Origin: Mobula birostris
Lineage: Eukaryota
DNA: 64,000 nt
Direction: 5' to 3'
Assembly (NCBI RefSeq): GCF_030028105.1
Contig: NC_092371.1
Span: forward strand, 15,149,884 to 15,213,883
Shown here piece by piece: positions 1-13,399 of the stretch. Numbering within the stretch: the stretch's first letter is position 1; each line of letters opens with the position of its first letter. A program made the position numbers and the translations under genes. The notes under the pieces were generated by a model. It saw only the letters and a list, made by a program, of their open reading frames with translations, was not told the DNA's origin and did no database searches.

Positions 1-420
1 ACGGTTCCACTGTGTTTTGATGGTCAAAAGCGAGCATAGAAGGCATTAAACTCATCTGGAAGCGAAGCCCTTTTGTCACCTATGTCGTTTGACAGCATTT
101 TGTAAGAAGTAATCGCATTCAAGCCCTGCTACAGCTTCAGAATGTCCTTCAATAATTGAAGTTTGGTTTGGAATTGCCATTTTGTCCGTCCAGGCAATCT
201 TGTATCATGGTCACTACAAATCTACCCCTTAGCGGACTGCAGATCTCATGGTTCATCCAGGTCTTCTGATTGGCGCAGTTTCTGAATAATTTTGTGGGGC
301 CATTATCGTCTACGATTAATTAATTAATGATTACTTAATAAATCCAGTAGTTTCTGGTCAATGGTCATCACTGAATGTTGATCGGGGAGAATTCAGCAGT
401 TCTGCGGAAGCAGAGGTACG
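1..420 (-). mobile_element. Rex1/Babar LINE fragment (EN-RT linker)
   Basis: The reverse strand resembles the Rex1 copy at 32150-33045 (gagtttaatgccttctatgctcgctttt ~ gctcaatgacttttatgctggctttg). Confidence 0.5.
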
Positions 421-547
421 GTGGAGTGGGGAGATTATTTAATTTCACAGGATAGTGGCCAGATCTTTGCCGTTGAAAGAGGCCATTCGGTGTCCTCTGA
501 ATGGCGTGAATGACATTTACTTCTAATAGCCTTCCATGGGTATCACA

Positions 548-630
548 ACATGGAACATAGTAGAGCGATTAACATAGTACAGCATACAACATAGAACACA
601 GATCATAACATACAACATAGAACTCTACAA
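548..630. repeat. Degenerate (AACATAG)n short tandem repeat, probably a CR1 3' tail on the minus strand
   Basis: Repeated aacatag/acaacatagaac units. Confidence 0.45.
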
Positions 631-819
631 CGTTGTCCTATGGGTCATTGCCTTGCAGATGGGAAATATTTTGAACACTGTGCAGTATCTTGACTTGATA
701 TGAGAACTGTCCATTTCGCCCCAAAAGATGCTGCCTGACTCACTGAGCTCCTCCAGCGCTAATTGAGTTCTTCCAGATAACAGTGTCTGCCGTACAATTG
801 TTAATTAACATCCGGAATT

Positions 820-3060
820 CTGATCCTGTGATGGGAACGGTGATTGGTAACGCCGGAAAATGGCTCGCCCCGTTTCGTTGTCCCCCCACCATAATTTCCT
901 CCATATACCTGTCTAGATGTCTCTTAAACTTCACTAGTGTATCTGCCTCCACCACTGACTCAGGCAGTGTATTCCACGCACCAGCCACTCTCTGAGTAAA
1001 AAACCTTCCTCTAATATCCCCCTTGAGCTTCCCACCACTTACCTTAAAGACATGTCCTCTTGTATTGAGCAGTGGTGCCCTGGGGAAGAGGCGCTGGTTA
1101 TCCACTCTATCTATTCCTCTTATTATCTTGTACACCTCTATCATGTCTCCTCTCATCCCCCTTCTCTCCAAAGAGTAAAGCCCTAGCTCTCTTAATCGCT
1201 GATCATAATGCATACTCTCTAAACTAGACAGCATCCTGGTAAATCTCTTTTGTACCCTTTCCAATGCTTCAACATTCTTCCTACAGTGAGGCGACCAGAA
1301 CTGGACACAATACTCCAAGTGTGGCCTAACCAGAGTTTTATAGAGCGGCATCATTACATCCCGACTCTTAAACTCTATCCCTGGACTTATGAAAGCTAAC
1401 ACCCCAAAAGCTTTCTTAACTAACCCATCCACCTGTGAGGCAACTTTCAGGGATCTGTGGGCATGTACCTCCAGATCCCTCTGCTCCTCCACACTACTAA
1501 GTATCCTTCCATTTACTTTGTACTCTGCCTTGGAGTTTGTCCTTCCAAAGTGTACCACCTCACACTTCTTCTGGTTGAACTCCATCTGCCACTACTCAGC
1601 GCACTTCTGCATCCTATCAATGTCTCTCTGCAATCTTTGACAATCCTCTACACTATCTACAACACCACCAACCTTTGTGTCGTCTGCAAACTTGCCAACC
1701 CACCCTTCTACCCCCACATCCAGGTCGTTAATATAAATCACGAAGAGTAGAGGAAGCAGAACAGATCCTTGTGGGACACCACTAGTCACAATCCTCAAAT
1801 CTGAATGTACTCCCTCCACCACCACCCTCTGCCTCCTGCAGACAAGCCAACTCGGGATCCACCTGGCCAAACTTCCCTGGATCCCATGTCTTCTGACTTT
1901 CTGAATAAGCCTACCTTGTGGAACCTTGTCAAATGCCTTACTAAAATCCATATAGTTTACATCCACTACCCTACCCTCATCTATATGCCTCGTCACCACC
2001 TCAAAGAACTCTATCAGGCTTGTTAGACACGATCTGCCCTTCACAAAGCCATGCTGACTGTCCCTGATCAGGCCATGATTCCCTAAATGCCTATAGATCC
2101 TATCTCTAAGAATCTTTTCCAACAGCTTTCCCACCACAGACGTAAGGCTCACTGGTCTATAATTACCCGGACTATCGCTACTACCTTTTTGAACAAGGGG
2201 ACAACATTCGCCTCCCTCCAATCTTCCGGTACCATTCCCGTGGACAACGAGGACATAATGATCCTAGCCAGAGGCTCAGCAATCGCTTCCCTCGCTTCGT
2301 GGAGCAGCCTGAGGAATATGCTGTCAGGCCCGGGGACTTACCCGTCCTAATGTATTTTAACAACTCCAACACCTCCTCTCGCTTAATAGCAACATGCTCC
2401 AAGCATCAACCTCACTCATATTGTCCTCATCATCATCAAGTTCCCTCTCATTGGTGAATACCGAAGGGAAGTATTCATTGAGGAACTCGCTCACTTCCAC
2501 AGCCTCCAGGCAAATCTTCTCACCTTTATCTCTAATCAGTCCTACCTTCACTCCTGTCATCCTTATTTTCTTCACATAATTGAAGAATGCCTTAGGGTTT
2601 TCCTTTACCTTACTCGCCAAGGCCTTCTCATGCCCCCTTCTTGCTCTTCTCAGCCCCTTCTTAAGCTCCTTTCTTGCTTCCCTATATTCCTCAATAGACC
2701 CATCTGATCCTTGCTTCCTAAACCTCATGTATGCTGCCTTCTTCCACCTGACTAGATTTTCCACCTCACTTGTCACCCATGGTTCCTTCACCCTACCATT
2801 CTTTATCTTCCTCACCGGGACAAATATATCACTAACATCCTGCAAGAGATCTCCAAACATCGACCACATGTCCATAGTACGTTTCCCTGCAAAAACATCA
2901 TCCCAATTCACACCCGCAAGTTCTAGCCTTATAGCCTCCTAATTTACCCTTCCCCAATTAAAATTTTTCCTGTCCTCTCTGATTCTATCCTTTTCCATGA
3001 TAATGCTAAAGGCCAGGGAGTGGTGGTCACTGTCCCGCAGATGCTCACCCACTGAGAGAT
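820..3060 (-). mobile_element. CR1 LINE, 5'-truncated, ORF2 (end of EN, RT, C-term) frameshifted
   Basis: ORFs 2357-2911, 1592-2221 (NYRPVSLTSVVGK, YMDFSKAFDKV, GVPQGSVL, FADDTK) and 740-1585 (RPHLEYCVQFWSP, RGRFFTQRV). Confidence 0.95.
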
Positions 3061-3083
3061 CTGTGAGATCTGAGAGATTTTAT

Positions 3084-3295
3084 TTTAAAATAACACACAG
3101 AACCGGAGTTGACCATTTAACCTTTTCCTCCCACTCCATCATCCAATATGATCAATGTGGACCTTTCCACTCAGTTCCGGTTTCCCTTACTGACCCACCG
3201 GCTCACTGAGTATCTAAACCCGTCTCAGTCATTGGAAACTCCCCGCCGGTCAGTGTGACGTTATCGCCAAAAGTCAAATTAATGTTATTGTCAAA
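3084..3295. promoter_or_regulatory. Second copy of the candidate IgL 3' enhancer, with no IgL exon next to it in the window
   Basis: Near-identical to 23702-23915; NF-kB site at 3234-3243 and IRF-Ets motif at 3175-3184 are intact. Confidence 0.5.
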
Positions 3296-5029
3296 GTACA
3301 GGTTTGTGACCATATATTACCTTGACTTTCACTTTGTTGCAGACATTTGAAGTTTAACAAAAATACTATATTCTATAGACTCAATAAAAACGCGCAAATA
3401 AATAAATACATAGGTAGTTGCATGGATAAATAGATAAATACATAGATAATACTGATGACAAGAGTTGTGGAGTTATTGAAATTGAGTCCATAGATTTTGG
3501 AATCAGTTCAGAGTTGTGGTTTTCGAAGTCATCCACACTGCTTCTGCAGTCTGATGTTTAAAGGGTAATAATTGTTCCTGAACCTGCTGATGTGGCGCTT
3601 AAGGCTTGTGTATTCATCACATGGAATAGACTTACTGACACGGGAAAGAGCATGAGATGACTAAAGAACCCGTTAGAACAAGTTAGATTCTGCCTGATTA
3701 ATAGAGTGGAGTTTTTGGGGATTGTGACTGAGAGGACGCGCTGTGGCTGACGGCTCCATGCACTCACAGAGAATTCAGACAGATTTCGCACAAGCCATTG
3801 ACTACGTGAATTCAGGGTATCTGTTATGGTTGCTTTGCAGATGGGAGCGAGAGAGGAGGAAAGATGGAACGGCAGCATGAATAAAGTAACACACAAAATG
3901 CTGGAGCAACTCAGTCAGTCAGGCAGCATCTATAGACCAAAATGCAGGAGGTAGCCTCGTGCTTCACAGGGATCTTCATAATGCCTGATGAAAACTACAT
4001 GGAAGAGGGCTGCTTCTCAGGATTCACTAAACCGTACATCTTACGATGCCCGAGAGAAGGAACAGAGGGGTAAAATTTCAAGTTTATAAAGATAAATAGT
4101 TTACGGGTTTCTTTGGAAGGAGAAGGAGTATCCAGCCAAGGTACGCAGTGATTATGAGCTGGTTGATGCTCCATAAATGCGTTTCTTTGGAGAGGGATGA
4201 GCGGTATTCCCAGTTGGATCCGGTCCCACTTCCACTGTGGCGATTATTGCACAGGTCTGACACCCGGAAAACATAGAAACCTGCAGACAAAAGAAGTTCT
4301 GCAAATACTGTAAATCCAGAATAACACACACAAAATCACAAAATACTGGAGGAACTTAGCAGGTCAGGCAGCTTCTGCGAAAGGGAATAAAGCGTTGCCT
4401 TTCCATGCCCAGTCTGCAGCGGAAACATTGTAAAAACTGTCAGTTAAATGTACCATATAATGAGAACGCACTGTACTGACCTCTTTCGTGGATGTCCAGA
4501 TATAAATTTATTTTCCACATCCGCACTGCCTCTGCATGTCAGCTGCAATTGCAATATGCAGACTAAATATTATGGTACACTGAACTAATAATGATACTGA
4601 GTATGAAAAGTTCAGATCTCGCTTTGGAAAGGTAAGCAGTATTGTGGTGTCGGTAGAATTCAACCGTTCACCAGAATACATTCATTAGGCAAGTTTCGAC
4701 AGTAAAAACAAGCGGAGTTCGCATTTCTTCAACACCTGTTACCCCTTCTTTTGATCCCCTACTGTCGGGCATTTTTAGCATTGGGCCAAGAACTGTTAGG
4801 ACGGGAATCAGCTGCCTCTCCCAAGCCGTGAGACTACTGAACTCCCTGCTACCACCCAGTGGTAATAACGTTAAACTGTTTACATTTTGATTTGTGTCCT
4901 AAATGCACCTGATACTAAATGTCACTTTTCTGGAAGCTATTTCATTATATGTTAATTTATTTGCGGTAATATTACTTCATGTGTTGTGTGTCAGCCTGTG
5001 CTCTATGTTGTGCACCGCTAGACATCCTT

Positions 5030-7110
5030 ACCTCTGCAAGCAAAGTGATATTGCCAGTAATTTTGCGCAGACTGAAACCACGGGCAGGAGAAATTATCGC
5101 TGAAGACCGGGCTCGCTTCAGAAGGGAAGACAAACTGGAGGAATGCGCAAAAACTTGGCAGATAGAATATAGTGTTGGGAAATGTATGATAATGCAATTT
5201 GGTAAAAGGAACAGTAGTCTGGACAATTATCTAAATGGAGAGACGGTTCAAACATCAGAGGTGCAAAGGGACTTACGCATCCTCGGGCAAGACTTCCAGA
5301 AATTTAATTAACAGATTGAGGCTTGGTAAAGAAGGTAAATGTAATGTTCGTATTTATTTCAAGGAGAATAGAATATAAAAGCAAGGAGATAATGCTGAAC
5401 CTTTATACGACAATAGTCACGCCGCATTTGGAGTATTGTCAACAGTTTTGGGCCCCATGTCTCTAAAAGGATGCGTTGTCATTGGAGAGAGTCCAGCGAA
5501 GGTTTACGATTATGATACCGAGAATGAAGGGGCTAACATATGAGGACTGTCTGGCAGCTTTAGGTCGATATTCACTGGAGTGTAGAAGAATGCGTGGACA
5601 TCTCATTGACACCTACCGAATGTTGAAAGGACTAGATACAGTGAATGTTTCCTATGGTGGGCGTATGCAGAACTAAAGGGCACAGCCTCTAAATTGAAGT
5701 GCGACATTTTAGAATAGAGGTAAGGAGGAATGCTTTAGCCGGAGTAGTGAATCTGTGGAATGCACTGTCACAGACTGCAGTGGAGGCCAAGTCCGTGGAT
5801 ATATTTAAGGCGTAATTCGATCGTTTCCTGATCGGTCAGGGCGAGAAGGATATGTCGAGAAAGCAGGTGCATGGGGTTGATTGGGAATTGGGATCTAGCA
5901 TGATGGAATGGCAGAGCACACTCGATGGACTGAATGGTCTAATTCTGCTCCTATACCTTATGGTCTTATGATCTAAGTACAACAGAACAGATATTCAATC
6001 TCCCAGTACTGTGCGACCATCAGGACATTTCCCATGTGTTCATACACTTCAAAAAGGCATTCGATAGGATATGGCATGTTGCACTGTGGGCTCCGATGAA
6101 GAGATACAACATGGGCCAAAAGCTGCTCCAAACCATCAAGCAGCTCCATTTCAAAGCTATCAGTACGGTACTTGTTCAAGACACAGTCGGACAGTGGTTC
6201 TAAACATCAGTTGGAGTTCAACAAGGCAGCCTCCTTTCACCCGATGTTCAACATTTCCCTGGAGCAAATAATGACAGATGCCCTGGAAGACCATATCGGC
6301 ACATTCAGCATCGGTAAACAGATTAGGCTCGCCGATAACATTCATGGGCCGATAGGAACTGAGGAGGAATTGGTCTGCCTTCTGATCGGTCTGCACGATA
6401 CGTCTAGCAGATAAGGCATGGAAATCTGGCTAAGAAAGCCAAACTGATGAGAAATAGTGAGGAGCCAAGCACGACAACAATCACAGTCAGTAGACTGTCA
6501 AACGGTTCAAGTATCTTGCTGCCATCACCAACCAAGAAGGATCAAAGTCTGAAGTCCTTGCAAGAAAAGCCCTAACAGCAGCAACGCTGGTTAAACTAAA
6601 ACCGATCTGGGAATACAATGATATCGCTCTCAGATCCAAGCTGAAACTCCTGCATGTGCTCTCCATCTTGTTCTATGCATGCGAATATGGACTTTGACAG
6701 CAGAACTGCAAAAGAAAACCCAGACAGTAGAAATGAGATGCTCCAAAAGGCTCCTCGGCATCTCCTATACAGACCATTGTCAGAAGACGAAGTATGAAGA
6801 ACCATCACTCAGCACATGAGACACTACGAATTTTGCCGTCCACGGTAAAGAAGAGGAAGCTGAGATGGCATGGTCACGGAAGAAGATCAAGAGGACTCTC
6901 AAAGACCATTCTTCAGGGAAAGGCGCGGGAGAAAAGGAAAAAGGGCAGGCAGAGGAAGAAATAGGCAGACAACATTTTAGAGTAGACAGGAACGACATTT
7001 GCTGCACCCCAGGCACTCGGCCACAACAGTGAGAGATGGAAGCAACTGGCGCAGCACTCATATGTTCTGTGCCCTTGCACCCCAAGCGGGCTGCGCGATC
7101 GGGAAACGGA
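5030..7110 (+). mobile_element. RTE-clade LINE, RT and 3' end, interrupted by a CR1
   Basis: Peptides ASKVILPVILRRLKPRAGEIIAED, HPMFNISLEQIMTDALEDH, LRSKLKLL, VKKRKLRWHGH, KTILQG; ends at gtgcccttgcaccccaagcgggctgcgcgatcggga. Confidence 0.85.
5130..5974 (+). mobile_element. CR1 3' fragment nested in the RTE
   Basis: DKLEECAKTWQIEYSVGKC, SLERVQRRFT; typical tail aattctgctcctatacc ttatggtctt. Confidence 0.9.
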
Positions 7111-8930
7111 ACAGTAACATCCGTTCATACTCTCACGGAATCCTTTCTGTTCTTCTGTAAATATGTTGTGGTTATTTAAGTGAGTGGTGATTAGTTGCGA
7201 GATGCATGATGTTACAATTTTATATAGAGATTGTAAAGAAGTAACACGACGACATTTTGATGAATCATTTGTGATTTCTCCCTTAGGTAAGAGATATGTT
7301 TTACATCCTGTCAAAAATTCAGTCACTTTTTCAGGACCTTTAAGAAAATTGCTGATATGTTTTAGTAAGTACGGATGAAGGCAAGTAAATTGTTAGAACA
7401 ATAATTATGAATATTATCACTGCCATTGCTTTTCAAGTTGTATTTTTATAATCACTTTTAGCACATCCATTGTAACTTCAGCTATTTGTATTTATTCATT
7501 TTTCCGACTGCATTCTTTTTTCTCCTCATCCAGCTTGCTTCTTGATTGTGCGTCACCATGTTTGCCCAGTTTTTAGACCAAAAGTTCATTATCTCTGTGT
7601 TTGGTGGGAATTCTGTGCTAGAGTATGTGACAAAAACCTTTTTCATTCTTTCTGAACTGGTAATTCTGTTTTCTTCATCTGGCGCATTTCATTTATCCAG
7701 CTAGTCTGTGCACCAAGTTTTTGTTTCAGTGTTCCTATGAATACTACAATGCTTTTATTTGATTGGCATTATCTTGTATGGACCTTATACCTCCTCAGTA
7801 AATGCAACTTTCTTGCTCGAGTTGAATTTGTTAATATTCCATTTGGCAGGCTAGTTCAGCTCTAAATTTTCGATTTTGTTTCTTAATCTCTATACCGTTT
7901 AGGTGTTCTCATTTCATTATTCAGTTTGTGGAGATCTATGAATGAGTGTCTCTATTTTGGAGCCATTGCACTGCACTGCTGTTACTGCTACACAGTCTGT
8001 TATTGGGTGCAGTTCTTCAAATGTTTCAAGTTAAGTATTCCTAAATATTGTTGTAATATAATATTGTTGAGAGTATAAACAACCTTTGCAAAATTTGGTG
8101 ACATATTTTGTTTCGGTATGCGGAGTCGTTTTGTTCGGTTAGTATCTATATATTCTGTTACTATGATGTTAAATATTTGGATAATTTTCTCTGTAAACAA
8201 CTTCGTCAACAGCATTCTGCGAAGGCTGTACACCTGTGTTATTGCTGTTTCTATCAGGTTCTGGAGCAAATGAAGTAATTGTATTTTCATCAACGCATCG
8301 ATGGATTGCATCTTCGTTACTTACTTGCATAATATTGCTATAGTCTTTAGATTAGTTTCTTCCTAGGTGTTGTGTAACTGCACGTTTTACTTGGTTTAAC
8401 ATATCTATAGGCATCAAGTTTATTTTTTCAACTAGGGCTCTACGCTGATCTGCTCTTCGTTGTACATTTACTTGCATGAAGGGATATTGTGCGATAAACT
8501 GCTGATGAAGTTTTTTCTTGTATGTTATCTTGCCGCCCTCAAGTTTCATTAATCGATAACCTATGCGCATTATGAATGTGTTTATGTATAATAACCATTT
8601 GCGTGTCTTTCTTCTCGTAACTGCTTGAGGGGATTCAGTTCTAGGTGGACTGTTCCATTCAGTAACACCTGCAACAGTCGCAGACTGTGGTGTTGGTGGG
8701 CTACTTTGAAAGCTGGCTGAATCTTTTTCGGTATTCCCGGTGCCTGACTGCCTATTATAAGTGCACCAGTAACGGTTTGCTTATTGCGCTTACTGTCACG
8801 CACAGCGCTAGCTTCAGGCATCCCCCAGCAATCCCCAAGAGGTGACTGCAGTATTCTATTTAGTGGACTTTTCTCCATTTCTAAAGTGAAAGGGTATTCC
8901 TTTTTATACCTACAGTCAGCAACTCCTGTA
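7110..8930 (-). mobile_element. R4/Dong-clade (RLE-type) non-LTR retrotransposon, 5' half through the start of RT, decayed
   Basis: TRRKTRKW..NTFIMRIGY..KKLHQQF..QRRADQRR (N-terminal region), RLRIPK, and TYLLPKGEITNDSSKCRRVTSLQSLYKIVTSCISQLITTHLNNHNIFTEEQKGF (RT domains 1-2). Confidence 0.8.
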
Positions 8931-9039
8931 TAGCCCTAATTGTTTAATGGTATTATGTAGTGTCTTTGGGATGACACCACCTGTACATATTACTATTGGG
9001 TCAATGTATACCCTGTTTCAATATCCTCTTTTAATTCAG

Positions 9040-9340
9040 CATATTCCTTGTGTTTTTCTCTTATTGATTTCGGTATGCTTATGTGTGTTTGGAATGGCTA
9101 TATCTATTAACTATTAGTTCTTACTGGTTGATCTTATTATTACTGTTATTTTATATTCAGTAATTTGCATAGTTTGTTGCCTTTTGCAACTTGGTTGTTT
9201 GTCCGTCCTTTTGGGTGCGGTCTTTCTTTGGTTTTCTTCTGTTTCTTGCATTGACTGACTATGCTCGCAAGAAAACTCATCTGAAGATTGTAAATGACAA
9301 CATGTCTGCCCCTTGGTAATAATTTGACTTAGAACTTCGA
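9040..9340 (+). mobile_element. Rex1/L2-type LINE 3' UTR
   Basis: ttgtttgtccgtc...gcaagaaaactcatctgaagattgta...aataatttgacttagaac, same family as 19810-20060. Confidence 0.55.
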
Positions 9341-9344
9341 AGAA

Positions 9345-9702
9345 AGTTCATGCTCGAAGAGGTCAGACACCGACAGTATATATCCTATAGTGGATGAGCC
9401 TAGGACCAGAGATCACAGCCTTAGAAGAAAGGCACATCCCATTACAACGGAGAAGAGGAGGAATTTTTTTCCTCTAGTGGGTAGTTATTCTGTGGAATAC
9501 ATTGCCATGGACGGATCTGGAGGCCGTCATTGGGTATATTTAAACCGAAGGTTGGCAGGCTCTTGATTCGTTAGAGTGTCAAAGATGATAGGGTGAATGT
9601 GGGTTAATGGGCTTGAGAGGGATATTAAATGGGCCATGATTGAATGGTAGAACCCACGATGGAGCGAATGCCTTAATTCTGCTCCTGCGCCTTGTGGTCT
9701 AG
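9345..9702 (+). mobile_element. CR1 3' end, diverged
   Basis: cctatagtggatgagcctaggaccagagatcacagcc...aattctgctcctgcgccttgtggtct. Confidence 0.75.
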
Positions 9703-10739
9703 ATTACGTAGAAATTACCTAGTAAAGATGTTTACTCCTCGTGCACATGAAGGACGTAAGCCATAAAGTCAATTCAATTCCATTAAATTATGGTGCTATA
9801 ATTTGTATAACGTAAAAAAAAGTTTTGACTTTTCCAGCATTGAATTCTTCTATCAATAAGATCCAATACTTGCAATAAACGTAATTAATTCCAGAGTACT
9901 AAGGACGTATTTCAAAATGGTAATTTGTTGCATAACTCTTTGTCAAAGTGTAGTAACATATGAGGCGGCACTGAGAACTTAGGGCTCCGGGTGCTTGAGG
10001 TTCCGCTGGTAAACCTGCGGTAGCGGTAGAGTGTCGTCTTAGACTGAAGTCGAACCCAGCTTGCCAAAGCAGTTTCTGCGACGGCACATTTTGATCAACG
10101 TTGCAGACAACCCAGTAAACACAAATCACCAGTGAACACATTGATGGAATGCGGTCATTCCTGTAATATACTCAATAGGGCATTTTTGACAGACCAGATT
10201 ATTTGCTCTACCAAAGTTTTTTTTTCAGACTTCGCTCTTATCTCTGGACACAAGGGACAATGCTACAATTTCCTTTAGAGATTGAGTGCAACTAAGTGAT
10301 CTATCAATTAAATAGTTCCACTTTACAGAAATAGATGAGTGTTACTCCTCCATGACCTTTCCTTGATATCACCATTTACTGCAACCATTCAATAACTCGC
10401 TGATTTGGTTAAATCCCTGATACGCAGGCGGAAGCAGATTCATGCCTGAACAGTTTTCCTGAACCAAGTGAAAGAGGGTATCCAGAGCATATAGAAAGAA
10501 GCCACAAAGCAATATGGGGCCAGATAGAAGCCATCCGGAAACGCATGGGCTGAAAAAAAAAACAGAAGGAAAAGTTTGGTTCGGCTTACGGAAAGAGTTG
10601 GAGCCTTTTCCATCACCAACTCATTGCTGGCGTATAGGAAGACGGAAAGTATGTTAAACCACTAGCTCGGAAAAGAATAAATGGTCACTGAAATAATGCA
10701 TCCAGGTGAGGGAGGGCGCCAGACCAGCGTACAGATTTT

Positions 10740-12710
10740 ATTGGTAACCTTGAATTGTATAGCTGATCTGTCTGTTATGTACGTGGACTGTAGCAGTGTA
10801 TTTTGCAAATTTGTGCACGCTAGGCTAGTTTGAAAGCTTGGAAAAAGGGACCAGGGTGAGTGAGGCAGTTGGTGGACAATATTAGCGATCTTGATGAGAA
10901 ATGGTGGCATGTTGCACTTGGCGAAGATACTGTAAACTGGCCAGTACGTAGCAAATGGTAGGAACCTGGGGAGTGCTGCAGAACATTGAGGCCTTAGGAC
11001 ATCATTCACACAAGAAGTGATGCTAAATCACGTCGTGACCAAAATTCTTTTCTTTTCTTTTTCAATATTTTTCAAAATTTTATCATAGCATCAAAGAGTC
11101 ACAGACAAATACAGCATTGGACAAGCCCTTTGGCTATCTTGTCCGTGCTGAACCATTTAATCTGCCTACTCCCACAGCCCTACACCAGGATCATAGTCCT
11201 CTATATCCCTATTGCCCACCTACATTATGAAACTTCTCTTACACTTTGTAATCGAGCTTGCATGCACCACTCGCGCTAGCAACTCGTTCCACACTCTCAG
11301 GACCCTCTGAGTGAGGAGATTTTTCCCTCATTTTCCCTTAACCTTTTCACCTTTACCCCTTAATCCATGACCTCTATTTATAGTCCCACCTAACTTCAGT
11401 AGAAAAAGCATGCTTGCAATTAGACTGTCTCCACACCTCATAAGTTTGTATATCTTTTCTCAATCTTCTACGTTTCAGAGAATAAAGTCCTGACATATTC
11501 GATTTTTCCTTAAATCTCAGGTCTTCCAGATAGGGAAACATTCTTAAAAATTTTCTCTGTACTCTTTCAACCTTATTTCTATCTTTCCTGTAGGTCGGTG
11601 ACGGAAACTGCACCCAATACTCCAAATTAGGCCTCATCGATCTCTTTTACAACTTTAATATAACATCCCATCTCCTGAAGTCAATACTTTGATTCATAAA
11701 AGCCAATATGCCAAAAACATCTTCACGAACCTATCTAACTGTGACGCCGTTTTCAACGAATTATGAATCTATATTCCTAGAACACATTGTTTCACCACAT
11801 TCCTCAGTGCCCTGCCGGTCACTATGTAAGAACTAACCTGGCTCGTCCTACCAAAGTGCAGCATCTCACACTGGTCTGCATTAAACTCCATATGCCATTA
11901 CTCAGCTGATTTTTCCAGCTGGTCAAGAAACCGCTGCAAGCCATGATGTCCTTCCTCGCTATCCGCTACGCCCCCAATTCTTGGTGTCATCTGTACATTT
12001 TCCGAAGTTAACCACATTATCATTCAGTTTGCTGATTGATATGACAAATAATAACGAACCCAGTACTGATCCCTGCGACACTACAATTGTCACAGGCCTC
12101 CTGTCAGAGACATAACCATCTACTAACTCACTAGGGCTTCTCCCACACAGCCAATGTCTCATCCAATTTACTATGTCCTCTTGAATATCAAGTGACTGAA
12201 CCCTCTTGATCGAACTCCCTTGCAGGACCATGTTAAAGTTCATGTAGGCAACATGCACTGCCTTGCCTTCATTAACTTTCCTGGTAATTTCCTCGAAAGG
12301 ATTTGGTGGACATGAACTACCCGCACGAAAATATGCTGACTATCTTTAATCAGTCCAGGTCTATACAAATACTTCTATTTTCATCCCTCAGAGTACCTTT
12401 CAACACCTTTCTCACATATGATGTCAGGCTCACTGTCCTATAGTTTCCTGGTTAATTTGTCAAACACCTTTTCCTATGTAATCTGTATGGGATCCATGAA
12501 TTTGATGTCGTTTTGCCTCACTTCTTCAGACTCTGTACCCGTCTCCTAAGTAAATCTCCCCCATTTCTTTTGGCTCCACAAATGAATTTCCATTCTGATC
12601 TTCCAGAATTTAGTCCCTTGCAAGCCTTTTGCTCTTAACATATTTGTAGAATCCCTTAGGATTCTCCGATACCTTGCCCAGCCTGGAATCTGTCAGTGAC
12701 TAAGGATATA
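10740..12710 (-). mobile_element. Cluster of decayed CR1 fragments, mainly minus strand
   Basis: ORFs 11374-11637 (MRPNLEYWVQF) and 11959-12258 (SQGSVLGSLLFVI..CTDDTK). Confidence 0.8.
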
Positions 12711-13399
12711 TGGGATTATGAGAGAGAAAACTTCACAAATTCACATAACCTGACTGAATTAGGTCACATCTGAATTGCTCATCATGTTCCCCAATCGTTC
12801 ATCACTCCTCCCACACTCCACCTCGCCCCTACGAACAGAGGAAGCAGGCGTTGCGTCCACGTTGTTTTCAATTCAGTATCTAGTCTTTCAAAGTTATTGC
12901 GTCTCCTTCCACTAATTCCGTAGTTAGAGAACTCCTGCGACTGTCCCTGTCTCAAAGCCAAAATCAAAATAATTGCATTATCAAAATACATATTTTCACA
13001 TTCTAAGTTGATATTTTTGCGGGCATTCACAGTAAATACAAAGACGGATAAATGCCGCACTCAACACGATGGACAAACAAGCAATAGGTAAAAGACAACA
13101 AACTTCAAGTACAACAAAGAAAAAGGAAACACTGATTAATAATAGTACTGCCTCTTTGCTTTTAACCTACCAATGTGCGACACTTTACATTACACCCCAC
13201 CTGTCATTTCTCCGTCCATATCTGCAAGTGCTCTATATCCCGCTGAATTCTTTGCCAATCTTGTGTATTCTATTTACAACAGGATCAATCTTCGTATCAT
13301 GTAGAAACATTCCGAATTACCCATGCACATTTTTATTAACATCCTTTAAAGCCATTACAAACACCAGAGGACCAAGGATAAATCTTGTTGGACGCCACT

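Larger units (their letters stand above)
3082..6768 (+). repeat. Segmental duplication copy 1 (IgL 3' flank)
   Basis: Colinear with 23701-25640 and then 35950-37703, including the same nested CR1-in-RTE junctions (ggaag|acaaa and gtct|aagtacaac). Confidence 0.9.
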
